From: Dehalococcoidia bacterium
Lineage (GTDB): Bacteria; Chloroflexota; Dehalococcoidia; Tepidiformales; Tepidiformaceae
NCBI GenBank assembly: GCA_022451885.1
Contig: JAKUNN010000029.1
Location: 1 to 41,214 of the forward strand
Direction of reading: 5' to 3'
DNA: 41,214 bases
Shown here: positions 28,517 through 39,699 of the stretch, in pieces
How positions within the stretch are numbered: the first letter of the stretch is position 1
How the letters are laid out: each line of letters opens with the position of its first letter
The notes under the pieces: model-generated
The model's input: the letters and a program-made list of their open reading frames with translations, nothing else
The model's database searches: none
What the model was told of the DNA's origin: nothing
Position numbers and translations under genes: made by a program

Positions 28517-31500
28517 GATTAGCCTCAACTGACAAATCTTGCGCTTGTTCTTCAAGCACCCTTCGATATTCTAGGGGCATTACTCGAACAAACTTCTTCA
28601 ATGACGATGCCCAGTCTTTAAGTATTTGATCTGCAACCGAACTGTTGGTGCATTCTTTATGTCGCTCTATATATGATTTTAAAAATTGCTGATCATCAGT
28701 GGAAACAACCTCTTCTAAAGCAACCATTTCAGTGTTGCAGCGAATTGAAAAATCCCCTTCCTCATCGTATACGTAGGCAATACCACCACTCATACCAGCA
28801 CCAAAATTACGCCCTGTTGCGCCTAAAACGATAACTCTGCCGCCGGTCATATATTCACAACAATGATCACCTGTACCTTCTACCACAGCAATTGCACCAC
28901 TGTTACGCACACAAAATCTCTCTCCTACCAAACCACGTATAAAGACCTCACCACTAGTCGCACCATACAAAGCAACATTACCCGCTATAACATTTTCTTC
29001 AGGAATAAAGGAGCTTCCTTGCTGCGGGCGGAGGACAATATGTCCTCCAGATAAACCTTTTGCAAAATAATCGTTCGCATCACCATTTAAAGTAAAGGTC
29101 ATACCTTTGGGGATAAATGCCCCAAAAGACTGCCCTGCTGATCCATTAAAACTAAATTGAATCGTATTCTCAGGAAGACCAGCCCTACCGTGTTTTCTCG
29201 TAACTTCACTACCTAAAATCGTCCCCACTACCCTATTTGTGTTGTTTATCTCAAAATTTCCTTCCACTCTTAGGGCATCATCGAGAGCTGGTACAGCTAC
29301 CTTCAACAATTGCTGGTCTAGAGCCTTTGACAAGCCATGGTCTTGCTCCCTAACACGACGAGTGGCTATATCTGCAGAAACTTCAGGTCGATGCAAAATT
29401 GGAGAGATATCTACTCCTTTAGCCTTCCAATGATCGATAGCAGCTTTAGGATTAATTAGATCACTTCTACCTATTATGTCATCTAAGCTTCGATATCCTA
29501 AGTCGCTCAAAATCATCCTTACTTCCTCTGCAATGAAATGGAAGAAATTCACGATGTGATCAGCCTGCCCGTTAAACTTTTCTCTCAAAACAGGGTTTTG
29601 CGTTGCTATCCCAACTGGGCAAGTATCAAGATGACAAACTCGCATCATAATACAACCCATTACAACCAAAGGGGCCGTCGCAAAACCAAATTCTTCTGCC
29701 CCCAAAAGCGCACCAATAATCACATCTCTCCCGGTCTTCATTTGTCCATCAACTTGAACAACTATTCGATCACGCAAATTATTCAACACAAGCGTTTGTT
29801 GCGTCTCAGCTAGGCCTAATTCCCAAGGAACCCCCGCATGCTTGATGGAGGTTAATGGACTAGCCCCTGTACCTCCATCAAAACCACTAATTAAGACAAC
29901 ATCCGACTTTGCTTTAGCTACACCTGCAGCGACAGTACCTACACCCACCTCTGCTACTAACTTCACACTAATACGAGCACGGGGGTTCGAATTTTTAAGA
30001 TCATGAATTAACTGTGCAAGATCCTCAATCGAGTAAATATCATGATGTGGAGGTGGACTAATTAACGCAACACCAGGAGTAGAATATCTAACCTCAGCAA
30101 TCCAAGGCCATACTTTGTGTCCTGGAAGCTGACCTCCCTCTCCAGGTTTTGCTCCTTGAGCCATTTTGATTTGCAGCTCATCAGCATTGACAAGATATTC
30201 ACTCGTAACACCAAATCGACCGGATGCAACTTGCTTAATTGCACTACGTCGTAAATCACCGTTTGCATCTGGTTCAAAACGCCTCGGATCCTCGCCTCCC
30301 TCACCCGTATTACTCTTTCCCCCAATCCTATTCATCGCAATAGCCAATGTTTCATGTGCTTCAGCACTAATTGAACCAAACGACATAGCTCCAGTTGCAA
30401 AACGTTTAAAAATTGATTCGACTGGCTCCACTTCTTCTATTGAAATAGGTTCCCGATCCGACTTAAGGTCCATCAGACCACGTAATGTAGACATTTTCTC
30501 AGCCTGACTATTCACCCCATCGGTATATTCACGAAAAATATTAAAGGCTCCGGAACGAGTAGAGTGTTGTAATTTAAAAATTGTGTCAGGATTAAAAAGA
30601 TGGTTTTCACCATCAAAACGCCACTGATATTGACCTCCCCAAGAGACATGCTGCAATGAACCTTCTCGATCAGGCCAGGCAATCCTATGGTTTTTGAATA
30701 CTTCTTCCTCTATCTCTTCAATTCCAATCCCGCTAATACGAGAAACCGTATTAGTAAAATAAGCCTCTATCAAATCTTGATTTAGACCAATAGCTTCATA
30801 AATCTGGGCGCCCCTATAACTTTGGACGGTTGAGATACCCATTTTGGACATCACTTTCACTACACCCTTTTTTAAAGCTTTTAGCAAATTCTCTACTGCT
30901 TCTTCACGTTTTATCGAGATAACTTCTTCAGTCACCATTTCATCAATTAAATCAATCGCAAGGTAAGGATTTATTGCATTCGCACCATATCCAATAAGCA
31001 ACGCAAAATGATGCACTTCTCTCGGATCACCGCTTTCAACAATAATAGCCACCTTCGTTCGTAATTTTTCTCGCACTAGAAAATGATGTAACCCTGCGGT
31101 AGCCAATAATGCAGGAATTGGCATATTGTCTTTATCTACTCCACGGTCAGAAAGAATAAGTAAGTTGGCACCATCTGCTATTGCAGATTTTGCTTGCCTA
31201 AAAAGCTCATCTAACGCAGCTGTTAATCCACCCTTTTCATCAGTAACGGGCATAACCATTGGCAATACAGCACTATGAAAACCCTTCTTAGGGGTTTCTA
31301 AATTTTTTAACCGGCTAAGTCCGACATTACTAAGAAAAGGAGTTCGCAAAGCTATCATGTTATAGCCATCACCCAGATCAGCGGCCAGCAAATTACCCTC
31401 TGGACCCAACGTTGTTTCAACTGAAGTGACTAACTCTTCGCGCATAGCATCTAACGGAGGATTAGTAACTTGCGCAAAAAGTTGCTTAAAATAATTGTAT

Positions 31501-33107
31501 AGAGATTGTGAACGATCAGACAAAACTGCAAGTGGAGTGTCGGAACCCATTGAACCAATAGCTTCCTGGCCTGCTAGGGCCATTGGAGCCAAATGATACT
31601 TCTGATCCTCGACTGAATAACCGAAGGCAATCTGTTGTTCTACTAGTGCTTGCCCATTAATAGGCGAACCAACTTCTCCAGGTTCTAAATCTTCAAGTTG
31701 CACAAGATTATTTTTTAACCACTCACTGTATGGTTTCTGCGATGCAAACCTTTCCTTTAGTTCAGCATCTTCGATAATTCGCCCTTCTTCCAAACTTACG
31801 AGGAACATACGCCCTGGCTCTAAGCGACCTTTTGTCAGTACCTCATCTGGTTGTACAGGTAAAACTCCAACTTCTGAGCCCATAATGACGAGACCATCTT
31901 TTGTGACAACATATCTAGACGGACGCAAACCATTACGGTCTAATACTGCACCTATCGTTTTTCCATCGGTAAAACCAACTGATGCTGGTCCATCCCAAGG
32001 CTCAGTAAGAAGACTGTGATACTCATAAAATGCTTTTTTTTGTTCGTCCATCGTTTCATGCCCACTCCATGCTTCTGGAATTAGCATCATCATCACATGT
32101 TCAATAGGGCGACCAGCAAGAGTTAAAAATTCAACGGCATTATCAAGGCAAGCGGTATCACTACCATCCTCATCGATGATTGGTAAAACTTTCTCTATAT
32201 CTTCAAAATAAGGTGACTCAAAAAAAGCTTCCCTTGCCTTCATCCAATTTTTGTTCCCGCGCAAAGTGTTGATCTCACCGTTATGAACAATCGTGCGATA
32301 CGGATGAGCCAACTTCCAAGATGGGAATGTATTTGTACTAAAGCGTGAGTGATACATAGCAAGTGCTGATTCCACACGCTCATCACCTAACTCGGGATAG
32401 TAATCTCCTAATTGATCCGGGGTAAGCATGCCTTTGTAAACAATCGTGCGCGAAGACAAGCTTGGGAAGTAATAAGAGTCAAGATTTCCTAAACCGCGCT
32501 TTTCTAGTTCAGATTCAAACCGTTTACGAATCACATACAGGCGCCTTTCAAAGGCATCTTGGGAATCAATATTTTTACTTCGCTCAACAAAAGGCATCGT
32601 GATTTCTGGCTCTGCAGCCAATGAAGAAGCGCCTAAAATTTTATTATTTCTCGCAGGGTATCTCCACCCTAGAATCTCTTGCCCTTCGTCTCTTACTATT
32701 TCCTCGAATAAAGCCTTCACTTTTTCATTCTGAGAATCTGTTCCTTTTGCAAAAAATAAACCTGCCGCGTAGAAGCCCACAGGTGGAAGCAGAATTTCTC
32801 CTTCAGCCATAACCTCACGATAGAATCGATCAGGCATTTGAATTAAAACACCTGCACCATCACCGGTATCCACCTCCGCACCCTGTGCACCTCTGTGGTT
32901 CAAATTACACAAGCATGAGAGGGCATTTTTTACAATTTCGTGTGATTGTTCACCACTTAACTGCACTAAAAACCCTATCCCGCATGAGTCGTGCTCAAAA
33001 ACAGGATCATATAAGCCTTGTTTTTTTGGAAATCCTTGCAATCTATCGCTCACATAAACAGGGAAGCAAAAACGCCGCCTATCGGTGGCGCTTGAAAAAT
33101 CCCACAA
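28509..33107 (-). CDS. gltB: Glutamate synthase large subunit
   Basis: About 1500 aa. Ntn amidotransferase Cys (EHDSCGIGF), FMN/3Fe-4S central domain, and C-terminal GXGXG beta-helix. The start is uncertain: TTG 33107, GTG 33053 and an internal TTG are all possible, since a propeptide precedes the Cys. Confidence 0.93.
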   Translation of the reverse strand: MWDFSSATDRRRFCFPVYVSDRLQGFPKKQGLYDPVFEHDSCGIGFLVQLSGEQSHEIVKNALSCLCNLNHRGAQGAEVDTGDGAGVLIQMPDRFYREVMAEGEILLPPVGFYAAGLFFAKGTDSQNEKVKALFEEIVRDEGQEILGWRYPARNNKILGASSLAAEPEITMPFVERSKNIDSQDAFERRLYVIRKRFESELEKRGLGNLDSYYFPSLSSRTIVYKGMLTPDQLGDYYPELGDERVESALAMYHSRFSTNTFPSWKLAHPYRTIVHNGEINTLRGNKNWMKAREAFFESPYFEDIEKVLPIIDEDGSDTACLDNAVEFLTLAGRPIEHVMMMLIPEAWSGHETMDEQKKAFYEYHSLLTEPWDGPASVGFTDGKTIGAVLDRNGLRPSRYVVTKDGLVIMGSEVGVLPVQPDEVLTKGRLEPGRMFLVSLEEGRIIEDAELKERFASQKPYSEWLKNNLVQLEDLEPGEVGSPINGQALVEQQIAFGYSVEDQKYHLAPMALAGQEAIGSMGSDTPLAVLSDRSQSLYNYFKQLFAQVTNPPLDAMREELVTSVETTLGPEGNLLAADLGDGYNMIALRTPFLSNVGLSRLKNLETPKKGFHSAVLPMVMPVTDEKGGLTAALDELFRQAKSAIADGANLLILSDRGVDKDNMPIPALLATAGLHHFLVREKLRTKVAIIVESGDPREVHHFALLIGYGANAINPYLAIDLIDEMVTEEVISIKREEAVENLLKALKKGVVKVMSKMGISTVQSYRGAQIYEAIGLNQDLIEAYFTNTVSRISGIGIEEIEEEVFKNHRIAWPDREGSLQHVSWGGQYQWRFDGENHLFNPDTIFKLQHSTRSGAFNIFREYTDGVNSQAEKMSTLRGLMDLKSDREPISIEEVEPVESIFKRFATGAMSFGSISAEAHETLAIAMNRIGGKSNTGEGGEDPRRFEPDANGDLRRSAIKQVASGRFGVTSEYLVNADELQIKMAQGAKPGEGGQLPGHKVWPWIAEVRYSTPGVALISPPPHHDIYSIEDLAQLIHDLKNSNPRARISVKLVAEVGVGTVAAGVAKAKSDVVLISGFDGGTGASPLTSIKHAGVPWELGLAETQQTLVLNNLRDRIVVQVDGQMKTGRDVIIGALLGAEEFGFATAPLVVMGCIMMRVCHLDTCPVGIATQNPVLREKFNGQADHIVNFFHFIAEEVRMILSDLGYRSLDDIIGRSDLINPKAAIDHWKAKGVDISPILHRPEVSADIATRRVREQDHGLSKALDQQLLKVAVPALDDALRVEGNFEINNTNRVVGTILGSEVTRKHGRAGLPENTIQFSFNGSAGQSFGAFIPKGMTFTLNGDANDYFAKGLSGGHIVLRPQQGSSFIPEENVIAGNVALYGATSGEVFIRGLVGERFCVRNSGAIAVVEGTGDHCCEYMTGGRVIVLGATGRNFGAGMSGGIAYVYDEEGDFSIRCNTEMVALEEVVSTDDQQFLKSYIERHKECTNSSVADQILKDWASSLKKFVRVMPLEYRRVLEEQAQDLSVEANHG

Positions 33108-33207
33108 TTGTTACAAAAAGTATATCAAATTGGGTCTGGATATGCGTATTTCTAAAAAATAACAACTTTCAACTAAGCCAAAACGTGTCCAGCGGTATAC
33201 TTATGCA

Positions 33208-34452
33208 ATGAGTAATGAAAAAGAATTTTGGAACGAAGAAACCCTGAAACCATTAGTCAGCAATCGTTCGGCAATCATGGGTGGTACAGCTTGGGCCGCA
33301 TATGCCCCTGACCCGAGAAAACTCATTTCCTTCGCTGGCGGCATCCCCGACGTTCCTTCGCTACCAAACAACCTTATCCTAGATGCAACTGAACGTGCCC
33401 TCAAAAATAATCGAACTGAATCTTTGCAATACGGTGGCACACTAGGCCCAATTGCCTTACGAACTGCACTTGCCGAGCGTTCAGTACAAACAGAACAATT
33501 TGAAGTGCGAAGTGAACATGTAATTATTACCGGCGGTGCCGCTCAAGGAATTGGTCTTGTCTGCGATACATTATTAAACCCTGGTGACGTAGTACTCGTG
33601 GAAACACCCACTTTCCCAGGTACGATAAGAACTCTCAAATCATATGGTGTTGAGCTCATACCAATAGAGATGGACTCCGAAGGCGTTAAGCTAGCAGCCA
33701 TTGAAGACGCATTAACTGCCTTAGAGAAAAAAGGTAAAAAACCGAAATTTCTTTACTGCATCCCTACTCATCAAAATCCAACGGGTAAAACTCTCTCTTT
33801 GGAAAGACGTAAGCAACTTTTAACTCTGTGTTCAGAACATCAATTACTTATTCTTGAAGATGACCCGTACGGAGAAATTTGGTTTGAAGAACCACCACCA
33901 TCTCTTTTTTCCCTCTCTGAAGGAGGAACGATCAGAGTACTTACTTTCTCCAAAATTGTAGCAACCGGCCTACGTCTTGGATGGACCCTTGCGCCACCTG
34001 ATCTTATTTCTCGTATGGCTGCACTTCGTTATGACATGGGTTCAAGTGTATTTCTTGGAAACATAGCCGCTGAATTAATACGAAGCAATCAATTGGAAAA
34101 CCATATAAAGAATTTAAGAGGAATTTACTCAAGAAAATTAACGAAACTTGAGGAAGCATTGGAATTATATTGCGGTGAGCATGTACGTTGGGAACGTCCT
34201 GCAGGCGGATTTTTTCTTTGGCTTGAATTACTGAAAGGCCTCACAGCAGAGGCTGTAGTAACTGCGGCTAATGAAGAGGCAGTAATTGTTGGAAATGGAA
34301 ACAACTTTAATGTCACTCCTTCAGATAGCAATGCGACTGAACATATTCGAATCGCCTTCAGTTATGTTCCAATTGAAGAAATTGAAGAAGGAATACATAG
34401 GTTAGGGGATGCAATGAAGAGAATCTTAGCCGAAAAGGGCAAGGGTAGTTAG
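33208..34452 (+). CDS. PLP-dependent aminotransferase, class I/II fold (2-aminoadipate/aromatic-like subgroup)
   Basis: ISFAGGIPD, HQNPTG, LILEDDPYGE, and the Schiff-base Lys context (TFSKIVATGLRLGW). Confidence 0.85.
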   Translation: MSNEKEFWNEETLKPLVSNRSAIMGGTAWAAYAPDPRKLISFAGGIPDVPSLPNNLILDATERALKNNRTESLQYGGTLGPIALRTALAERSVQTEQFEVRSEHVIITGGAAQGIGLVCDTLLNPGDVVLVETPTFPGTIRTLKSYGVELIPIEMDSEGVKLAAIEDALTALEKKGKKPKFLYCIPTHQNPTGKTLSLERRKQLLTLCSEHQLLILEDDPYGEIWFEEPPPSLFSLSEGGTIRVLTFSKIVATGLRLGWTLAPPDLISRMAALRYDMGSSVFLGNIAAELIRSNQLENHIKNLRGIYSRKLTKLEEALELYCGEHVRWERPAGGFFLWLELLKGLTAEAVVTAANEEAVIVGNGNNFNVTPSDSNATEHIRIAFSYVPIEEIEEGIHRLGDAMKRILAEKGKGS

Positions 34453-34459
34453 GTCAATA

Positions 34460-35473
34460 ATGCAGGTTACTCGGATAAATCCTGAGTGGATATGGAACCG
34501 TGCCTTACGCGTGAACATAACCGATACCTACATCAGTCATACTAGTACTGACAAAACAACGATACCTCACGAAAAGCCAGCCTTACACCGAACATTAATG
34601 CGTGAATTTGAAAAATTCTTAAAATCTACTGAATCTACTATTTTTCACGAAATAATTAAAGGAACCACCCCAGACAACCATGCCTTATATGCTAGCAAAA
34701 CCTTTGTTACCCAACGCAAAAAGCTAATAATTGATTGGTATAATGCATATGGTCCATTACAAGTTGGTTTCGCCGCAAAATTACCGAATGAAATAGGTGT
34801 TACCAGAGACAAAGAACGGCCACGCCGAAATCGCATAGACGTATTTATGGAAGAAGCTGGCGCAGTATGGTGGGTGGTTAATGTTCTGGACAGGATCGGC
34901 GGAATCGGAGCATACCGTGATTGTCTCGCAATCAAACCTAAAGAAACAAGCGTCACAACTGCTAACTCCCTAACTATAGAAGTACCCAACCCAATGCTAA
35001 CTAACATCAATTGGGGAGCTGCTGAAGCAGCTCGGAAAGGTGAAGGCGTAGGGCAAATATTGCAAGAAGGCAATAAAAACATTGCCAGTCCTACTTGGCA
35101 AGTACCGTACAGCTCTCTACTTAAATGGGTGATTGAGTATATAAATCAATATCTTAAGGAGAACACTTATTTCACCAATGAAAATCCTTGGGATGTGACA
35201 AGGAACAGCTTTGGAAAAAAAGATATTGCTAACGCTAATAAAACAACAGGCCACCGAATTACTACAGTTGCTGCACCACGTAATCTCAGTGGTTATATAT
35301 GGTTACTTATCCAACAACAACTCGAAAAAACTCCAAATATTGACTATTATCCCTGCCGAAACTTTGAGAACTGTGCTCAGGAGTTAGTAGGAACTAGTGC
35401 TATATCTAGACGAAAGTGGTGTAGCGATGCTTGTCGACTAACCAGCGATCGGGAAAATAAACAAACTAAATAA
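34460..35473 (+). CDS. Hypothetical protein with a C-terminal four-Cys zinc ribbon (CGNR/FCS-like)
   Basis: A 337-aa ORF starting 7 nt after the aminotransferase stop. The C-terminus is CRNFENC-x13-RRKWCSDAC, followed by a basic tail. I recognise nothing in the N-terminal 290 aa or so. Confidence 0.55.
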   Translation: MQVTRINPEWIWNRALRVNITDTYISHTSTDKTTIPHEKPALHRTLMREFEKFLKSTESTIFHEIIKGTTPDNHALYASKTFVTQRKKLIIDWYNAYGPLQVGFAAKLPNEIGVTRDKERPRRNRIDVFMEEAGAVWWVVNVLDRIGGIGAYRDCLAIKPKETSVTTANSLTIEVPNPMLTNINWGAAEAARKGEGVGQILQEGNKNIASPTWQVPYSSLLKWVIEYINQYLKENTYFTNENPWDVTRNSFGKKDIANANKTTGHRITTVAAPRNLSGYIWLLIQQQLEKTPNIDYYPCRNFENCAQELVGTSAISRRKWCSDACRLTSDRENKQTK

Positions 35474-35580
35474 ATATTTTTCAGACAAATAAAGCTATTT
35501 ACAAGAAACTACACAGTAACGCGGGCCGATATAGCTAAATCATAGTAGGCTTCAAATGAGATCGAACTGAGGGAATTCTT

Positions 35581-37269
35581 ATGCCATTTGACACTCGTCA
35601 TCAAAGCCGAACATTAGTAGATGGTCCAGGACGTGCACCTGCACGTTCTTATTTTAAGTCTGTAGGGCTTAACTCTGAAGATTTAGCAAAACCACTGGTA
35701 ATGGTTGCACACTCCTGGATAGGCACAATGCCCTGTAACTTGAGTCAAAGAGAGTTAGCGCAACAGGTTATGGATGGTATTCGAGAGGCAGGTGGAACAC
35801 CTTTCGAAGTAAATACTATTGCGATTAGTGATGGGATTTCAATGGGAACAGAAGGCATGAAGGCATCGTTGATCAGTAGAGAAATGGTTGCAGATTCGAT
35901 TGAACTTTGTGGCGTAGGTTACTCATTTGATGCTGCAGTTGTGATAGTTGGTTGCGACAAAACTATCCCAGGCGGAGTGATGGGGCTATCGAGGTTAAAT
36001 ATACCTGGGTTGGTCTTATACAGTGGTTCAATAGCCCCAGGCGTTTACCAAGGTAAAGACGTGACAATACAAGATGTTTTTGAGGCTGTTGGCCAGCATG
36101 CCGCAGGAAATTTATCGGACGAAGAACTTGAAGAATTAGAAAATGTTGCCTGTCCAGGCGCTGGAGCCTGCGGTGCACAATATACGGCTAACACTATGGC
36201 AACGGCTATTGAATTTCTTGGTATTTCGCCTATGGGAAGTGCTTCACCTGGTGCCACTGATCCGCGCAAAAACTCTATAGGTTTTGACTCCGGAAAACTA
36301 GTAATGGAAGTCCTAGAGCGTGGTCAAAGGCCAAAGGATATCCTAACGAGAAATGCGTTTGAAAATGCGATCATGTGTGCAACCTCGACTGGTGGTTCCA
36401 CCAACTCAGTACTTCACTTGTTGGCGATGGCAAGTGAGGTAAACGTACCTTTAAAAATAGATGATTTTGATTTAGTGAGTCAGCAAACACCCCTAATTGG
36501 AGATTTAAGACCAGGTGGTAAATATGTAGCTCTAGATATGGATCAGGCGGGGGGAACTCCCTTACTTGCAAAGCGTCTATTAGAGGCAGGAATACTCCAT
36601 GGTGAAGAAATGACTGTCACAGGAAAAACTCTAGGTGAAGAGGCATCGGAAGCAACTGAAACTATAGGGCAAGATGTTATTAGGAGTTTAGATCGACCAC
36701 TAAAATCAACAGGGGGGTTAGTAATATTACGAGGCAACCTTGCACCTGATGGATGCGTAATAAAAGTTGCCGGACATGAAAGATTAAAACATAGGGGTCC
36801 AGCAAGGGTTTTCAATTGCGAAGAAGACGCATTTAAAGCTGTTGTTGAACAAACAATCCAGTCTGGAGATGTTCTGGTTATCCGCTATGAAGGACCTAAA
36901 GGTGGCCCTGGTATGCGTGAAATGCTAGGAGTCACAGCTGCGTTGGTTGGTGAAGGTCTTGGAGAGGAGGTAGCGCTTTTAACCGATGGGCGGTTTAGTG
37001 GTGCTACACACGGATTGATGGCTGGACACGTTGCTCCTGAGGCAGCAGTAGGAGGACCTATTGCTGTAGTAGAGGATGGCGACATAGTGAACTTCGATAT
37101 AGAAAAACGTGAGTTGAATGTCGAACTAGATGATCTTGAAATAGAAAACAGGTTACAGAAATGGAACGCACCTAAGCCTAGATATGAAAAAGGAGCCTTT
37201 GCAAAATATGCACAAACAGTTTCAAGTGCAGCAGATGGAGCAGTCACGCATCCAGTTCAAAAAACCTAA
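35581..37269 (+). CDS. ilvD: Dihydroxy-acid dehydratase
   Basis: Fe-S ligand and signature regions ([46 protein letters not shown]). GAGGGA lies 6 nt upstream of the ATG. Confidence 0.95.
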   Translation: MPFDTRHQSRTLVDGPGRAPARSYFKSVGLNSEDLAKPLVMVAHSWIGTMPCNLSQRELAQQVMDGIREAGGTPFEVNTIAISDGISMGTEGMKASLISREMVADSIELCGVGYSFDAAVVIVGCDKTIPGGVMGLSRLNIPGLVLYSGSIAPGVYQGKDVTIQDVFEAVGQHAAGNLSDEELEELENVACPGAGACGAQYTANTMATAIEFLGISPMGSASPGATDPRKNSIGFDSGKLVMEVLERGQRPKDILTRNAFENAIMCATSTGGSTNSVLHLLAMASEVNVPLKIDDFDLVSQQTPLIGDLRPGGKYVALDMDQAGGTPLLAKRLLEAGILHGEEMTVTGKTLGEEASEATETIGQDVIRSLDRPLKSTGGLVILRGNLAPDGCVIKVAGHERLKHRGPARVFNCEEDAFKAVVEQTIQSGDVLVIRYEGPKGGPGMREMLGVTAALVGEGLGEEVALLTDGRFSGATHGLMAGHVAPEAAVGGPIAVVEDGDIVNFDIEKRELNVELDDLEIENRLQKWNAPKPRYEKGAFAKYAQTVSSAADGAVTHPVQKT

Positions 37270-37274
37270 TACGC

Positions 37275-38411
37275 ATGCAAGAAACACGTGCAGATATAGC
37301 AATAATTGGTGGTGGAATTATAGGGGCATCAGCTCTCTTTTTTCTAGCAAAAAAAGGATTAAAACCATTATTACTTGAAGCTAAATCAATAGCTCATGGG
37401 GCTAGTGGGAAAGCTGGTGGCATTTTGACACCATTTGCTCCCAGTGAAACACCAGAGATTAAAGAACTTCTAGGGAAAAGCCTACAAATACATGACAATT
37501 TAGCTAAAGAATTTGATGGAGAAAACCAGTATGCGTACGAAAAATACAGAGCACTTACAATTGCCACTACTTTAGATGAAGTAAATCAACTCCGCGAAAC
37601 ACGTCTTAATTCAGAATCACAATGGCTTAAAAATGAGGAAATCCTGCAGGAAAAAGGTTGGATCAACAAGGAAACATATGGTGGGATCTGCTTTACAAAT
37701 TATCAATTAGATCCAGAAGCATTTACGAAAAAGCTTGTAGCTGAGTCACTTAAAATGGGAGCACGGTTAGAACTGGGGCGAGTTATAAACTTGCTGAAAA
37801 ATAAGGATCGTATCGAAGGTTTAGAAACTAAATCAGGAATTATCCGAACTGAAAAAGTTATTTTCACTATGGGCCCCTGGACAATGAATCTAGAGAAGTG
37901 GTTAGGGATTAAAATCCCTGTCATTCCCCTTAAAGGTGAAATTTTGCGCATGCAGATCCCCAACACACCAGCAGGTGGATTTTCAGATATTCAGGGGAAT
38001 TATGTTTTGACTCGACCCAACGGAATTGTCTTTGCCGGTACTACAGAGGATTATGCTGGATTTGATACGCATCCTACTCAAAATGGAAAAGATCGAATAT
38101 TGAAATCACTTTCACGGTATACAGACCATTTAAAGGATGGTGCAATAGTGGATCATACTGCTTGTTTAAGGCCATTAAGTGCTGATGGTCTGCCTTTTAT
38201 CGATCAAATACCAAATATTAATGGTGCGTATATAGCAACCGGACATGGACGAAAGGGAATAGCCTTAGGACCTGCAACTGGAGAGTCAATTAGTGAACTT
38301 GTGACAACAGGACGGTCTACTTCTCTAGATAATTTTCGACTAGATAGACCAATTAAAACGATTAAACCTAAGCATCCAGCAAACGTTCACGAACTTCAGC
38401 AAGACGCTTAA
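37275..38411 (+). CDS. FAD-dependent oxidoreductase, DAO family (glycine/D-amino-acid/sarcosine oxidase-like)
   Basis: N-terminal dinucleotide fold (DIAIIGGGIIGASALFFLAKKG) and the typical C-terminal GHGRKGIALGPATG motif. Confidence 0.8.
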   Translation: MQETRADIAIIGGGIIGASALFFLAKKGLKPLLLEAKSIAHGASGKAGGILTPFAPSETPEIKELLGKSLQIHDNLAKEFDGENQYAYEKYRALTIATTLDEVNQLRETRLNSESQWLKNEEILQEKGWINKETYGGICFTNYQLDPEAFTKKLVAESLKMGARLELGRVINLLKNKDRIEGLETKSGIIRTEKVIFTMGPWTMNLEKWLGIKIPVIPLKGEILRMQIPNTPAGGFSDIQGNYVLTRPNGIVFAGTTEDYAGFDTHPTQNGKDRILKSLSRYTDHLKDGAIVDHTACLRPLSADGLPFIDQIPNINGAYIATGHGRKGIALGPATGESISELVTTGRSTSLDNFRLDRPIKTIKPKHPANVHELQQDA

Positions 38412-39282
38412 TTGACTCGAGAGCAGATCGTTGATCCTGAACAATATTTCTAACAATTACATCTGTGTATCCAACTTCCGCTAACTTTTGAAATTCGTCT
38501 GCCACAGTTTTTGGATCACCAATCGCTAAAGCACTAGGATCAATCCCGCGATAGCCTTTATTTAAAACTGGAGCAGTGGTTTCCATCGCTTCTTCATCAT
38601 TCTTACCCACATAAACATCCCTCCTTATCGCAACAGTTTCCCTGTTTTTCCCATAAACTACACATTTCTCTGCATATTCAGCAGAAAATGCAGAAGCCTC
38701 TTTTAATGTAAGTCCAGGGCTCCCTAGCCATCCATCAGATATTCTTGCTGCACGATCTAGTGCCACACTGGAATTTGCACCTATCCAAACCGAAATTCTT
38801 TCTTCAGGTACGGGAGATATCTCAGCATCTTTAAAAGTCCAACGACCATCACTACTAACTTTCTCCCCATCCCACAATCGACGCATAATCTCTAAACTTT
38901 GTTCAAACCGAGAGGGTCTTTGGTTAACTGGTACACCCAAAGCAGGAAACTGCCGATCATCCGGCCCAACTGCACATTGCAATATAAAGGGCCCTTTATG
39001 AATAGCTGCTAGCGTTCCAATTTGTTCAGCCAACAGTACAGGGTGCCAAAGAGGTAATAAGAAGAGAGCTCCTGCAGGCCTAGTATCCCATTCGGCAAGA
39101 ATTCTACCCAAAATTGGGACATTTTGAAAATACGACATCGGACTCGTACTGTGATGGTCTCCCACAAACAAACTATCTAACCCTGCATCGGCCGCCGCTG
39201 CACAGCGCTCAATTATCATTTGCGCCCCTGCACGAGCTTTATATCCAAATAATGCAGTAGTAAGTGAAATACCTATTCTCAT
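38368..39282 (-). CDS. LLM-class (luciferase-like) flavin/F420-dependent oxidoreductase
   Basis: MRIGISL start, LDSLFVGDHH, and TIM-barrel length. The C-terminus is typical of the LLM family. Confidence 0.8.
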   Translation of the reverse strand: MRIGISLTTALFGYKARAGAQMIIERCAAAADAGLDSLFVGDHHSTSPMSYFQNVPILGRILAEWDTRPAGALFLLPLWHPVLLAEQIGTLAAIHKGPFILQCAVGPDDRQFPALGVPVNQRPSRFEQSLEIMRRLWDGEKVSSDGRWTFKDAEISPVPEERISVWIGANSSVALDRAARISDGWLGSPGLTLKEASAFSAEYAEKCVVYGKNRETVAIRRDVYVGKNDEEAMETTAPVLNKGYRGIDPSALAIGDPKTVADEFQKLAEVGYTDVIVRNIVQDQRSALESIKRLAEVRERLLDA

Positions 39283-39319
39283 CCAGTTCCTCTTATTTAG
39301 GAGATGACTGTATTAAGTA

Positions 39320-39394
39320 TGGCTCCCCGGCGAGGACTCGAACCTCGAACCTAGCGGTTAACAGCCGCTCGCTCTACCATTGAGCTACCGGGGA
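39320..39394 (-). tRNA. tRNA-Asn (anticodon GTT), CCA encoded
   Basis: The minus strand folds by eye as TCCCCGG-TA-GCTC-AATGGTA-GAGC-G-AGCGG-CTGTTAA-CCGCT-AGGTT-CGAGG-TTCGAGT-CCTCG-CCGGGGA-G-CCA. All four stems are fully paired, and the anticodon loop is CU-GUU-AA. Confidence 0.93.
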
Positions 39395-39402
39395 ACTACT
39401 CA

Positions 39403-39431
39403 GTTTTAGCCCCAAGTATTCATTAGCGCAA
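39403..39431 (-). promoter_or_regulatory. Candidate sigma70-type promoter for tRNA-Asn
   Basis: The minus strand reads TTGCGC-N17-TAAAAC, ending 8 nt upstream of the mature tRNA 5' end. This is a motif match only. Confidence 0.3.
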
Positions 39432-39561
39432 GCCTAACCTCTTTTTAGGACAGACAGATACCTCATATTTACTTCATGAATAGGTTAAAAAATCTATCCT
39501 TATGTTAGTAAAAAAGATGAATGCTGGCGCATAGTTCACAAAATACGTTATGCTCGATATA

Positions 39562-39597
39562 CCCTTTAAAACGGTCCTGTGAGGCCGAGAAGGGAGG
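39562..39597 (+). promoter_or_regulatory. Putative PyrR-binding RNA hairpin in the pyr operon leader
   Basis: CCCUUUAAAACGGUCCUGUGAGGCCGAGAAGGGAGG. The core GGUCCUGUGAGGCC matches most positions of the PyrR loop consensus ARUCCAGAGAGGYU. CCCUU/AAGGG can form the lower stem. It lies about 100 nt upstream of pyrR. Confidence 0.65.
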
Positions 39598-39699
39598 CAT
39601 AGTGATATTAAGATCTCTCTCTAACTTTTTGTTTCCTCTTCAAATCTTTTATTTTCAAAAAAATCACTTCCTCTGTGACATGAAAGGACAACACTTTTT

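Noticed and set aside
33190-33210. Leaderless mRNA for the aminotransferase (TATACT at 33196-33201, 6 nt before the ATG, with no Shine-Dalgarno sequence)
   Set aside because: There is only a -10-like hexamer. No acceptable -35 lies at 16-18 nt spacing, and alternative internal starts exist. The evidence is too weak to call.
34645-35082. 145-aa minus-strand ORF nested in the orphan gene, plus similar antisense ORFs (for example 11044-11412, 36885-37247 and 25556-25924)
   Set aside because: These are shadow ORFs opposite longer ORFs. For 11044-11412, 36885-37247 and 25556-25924 the opposing genes carry strong family motifs. None of them has a motif or a ribosome-binding site of its own.
35474-35580. 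T-box or riboswitch leaders upstream of ilvD, cysS (3729-3767) or gltB (33108-33207)
   Set aside because: The spacers are 40-107 nt, too short for T-box or the common amino-acid riboswitch architectures. I recognised no conserved cores.
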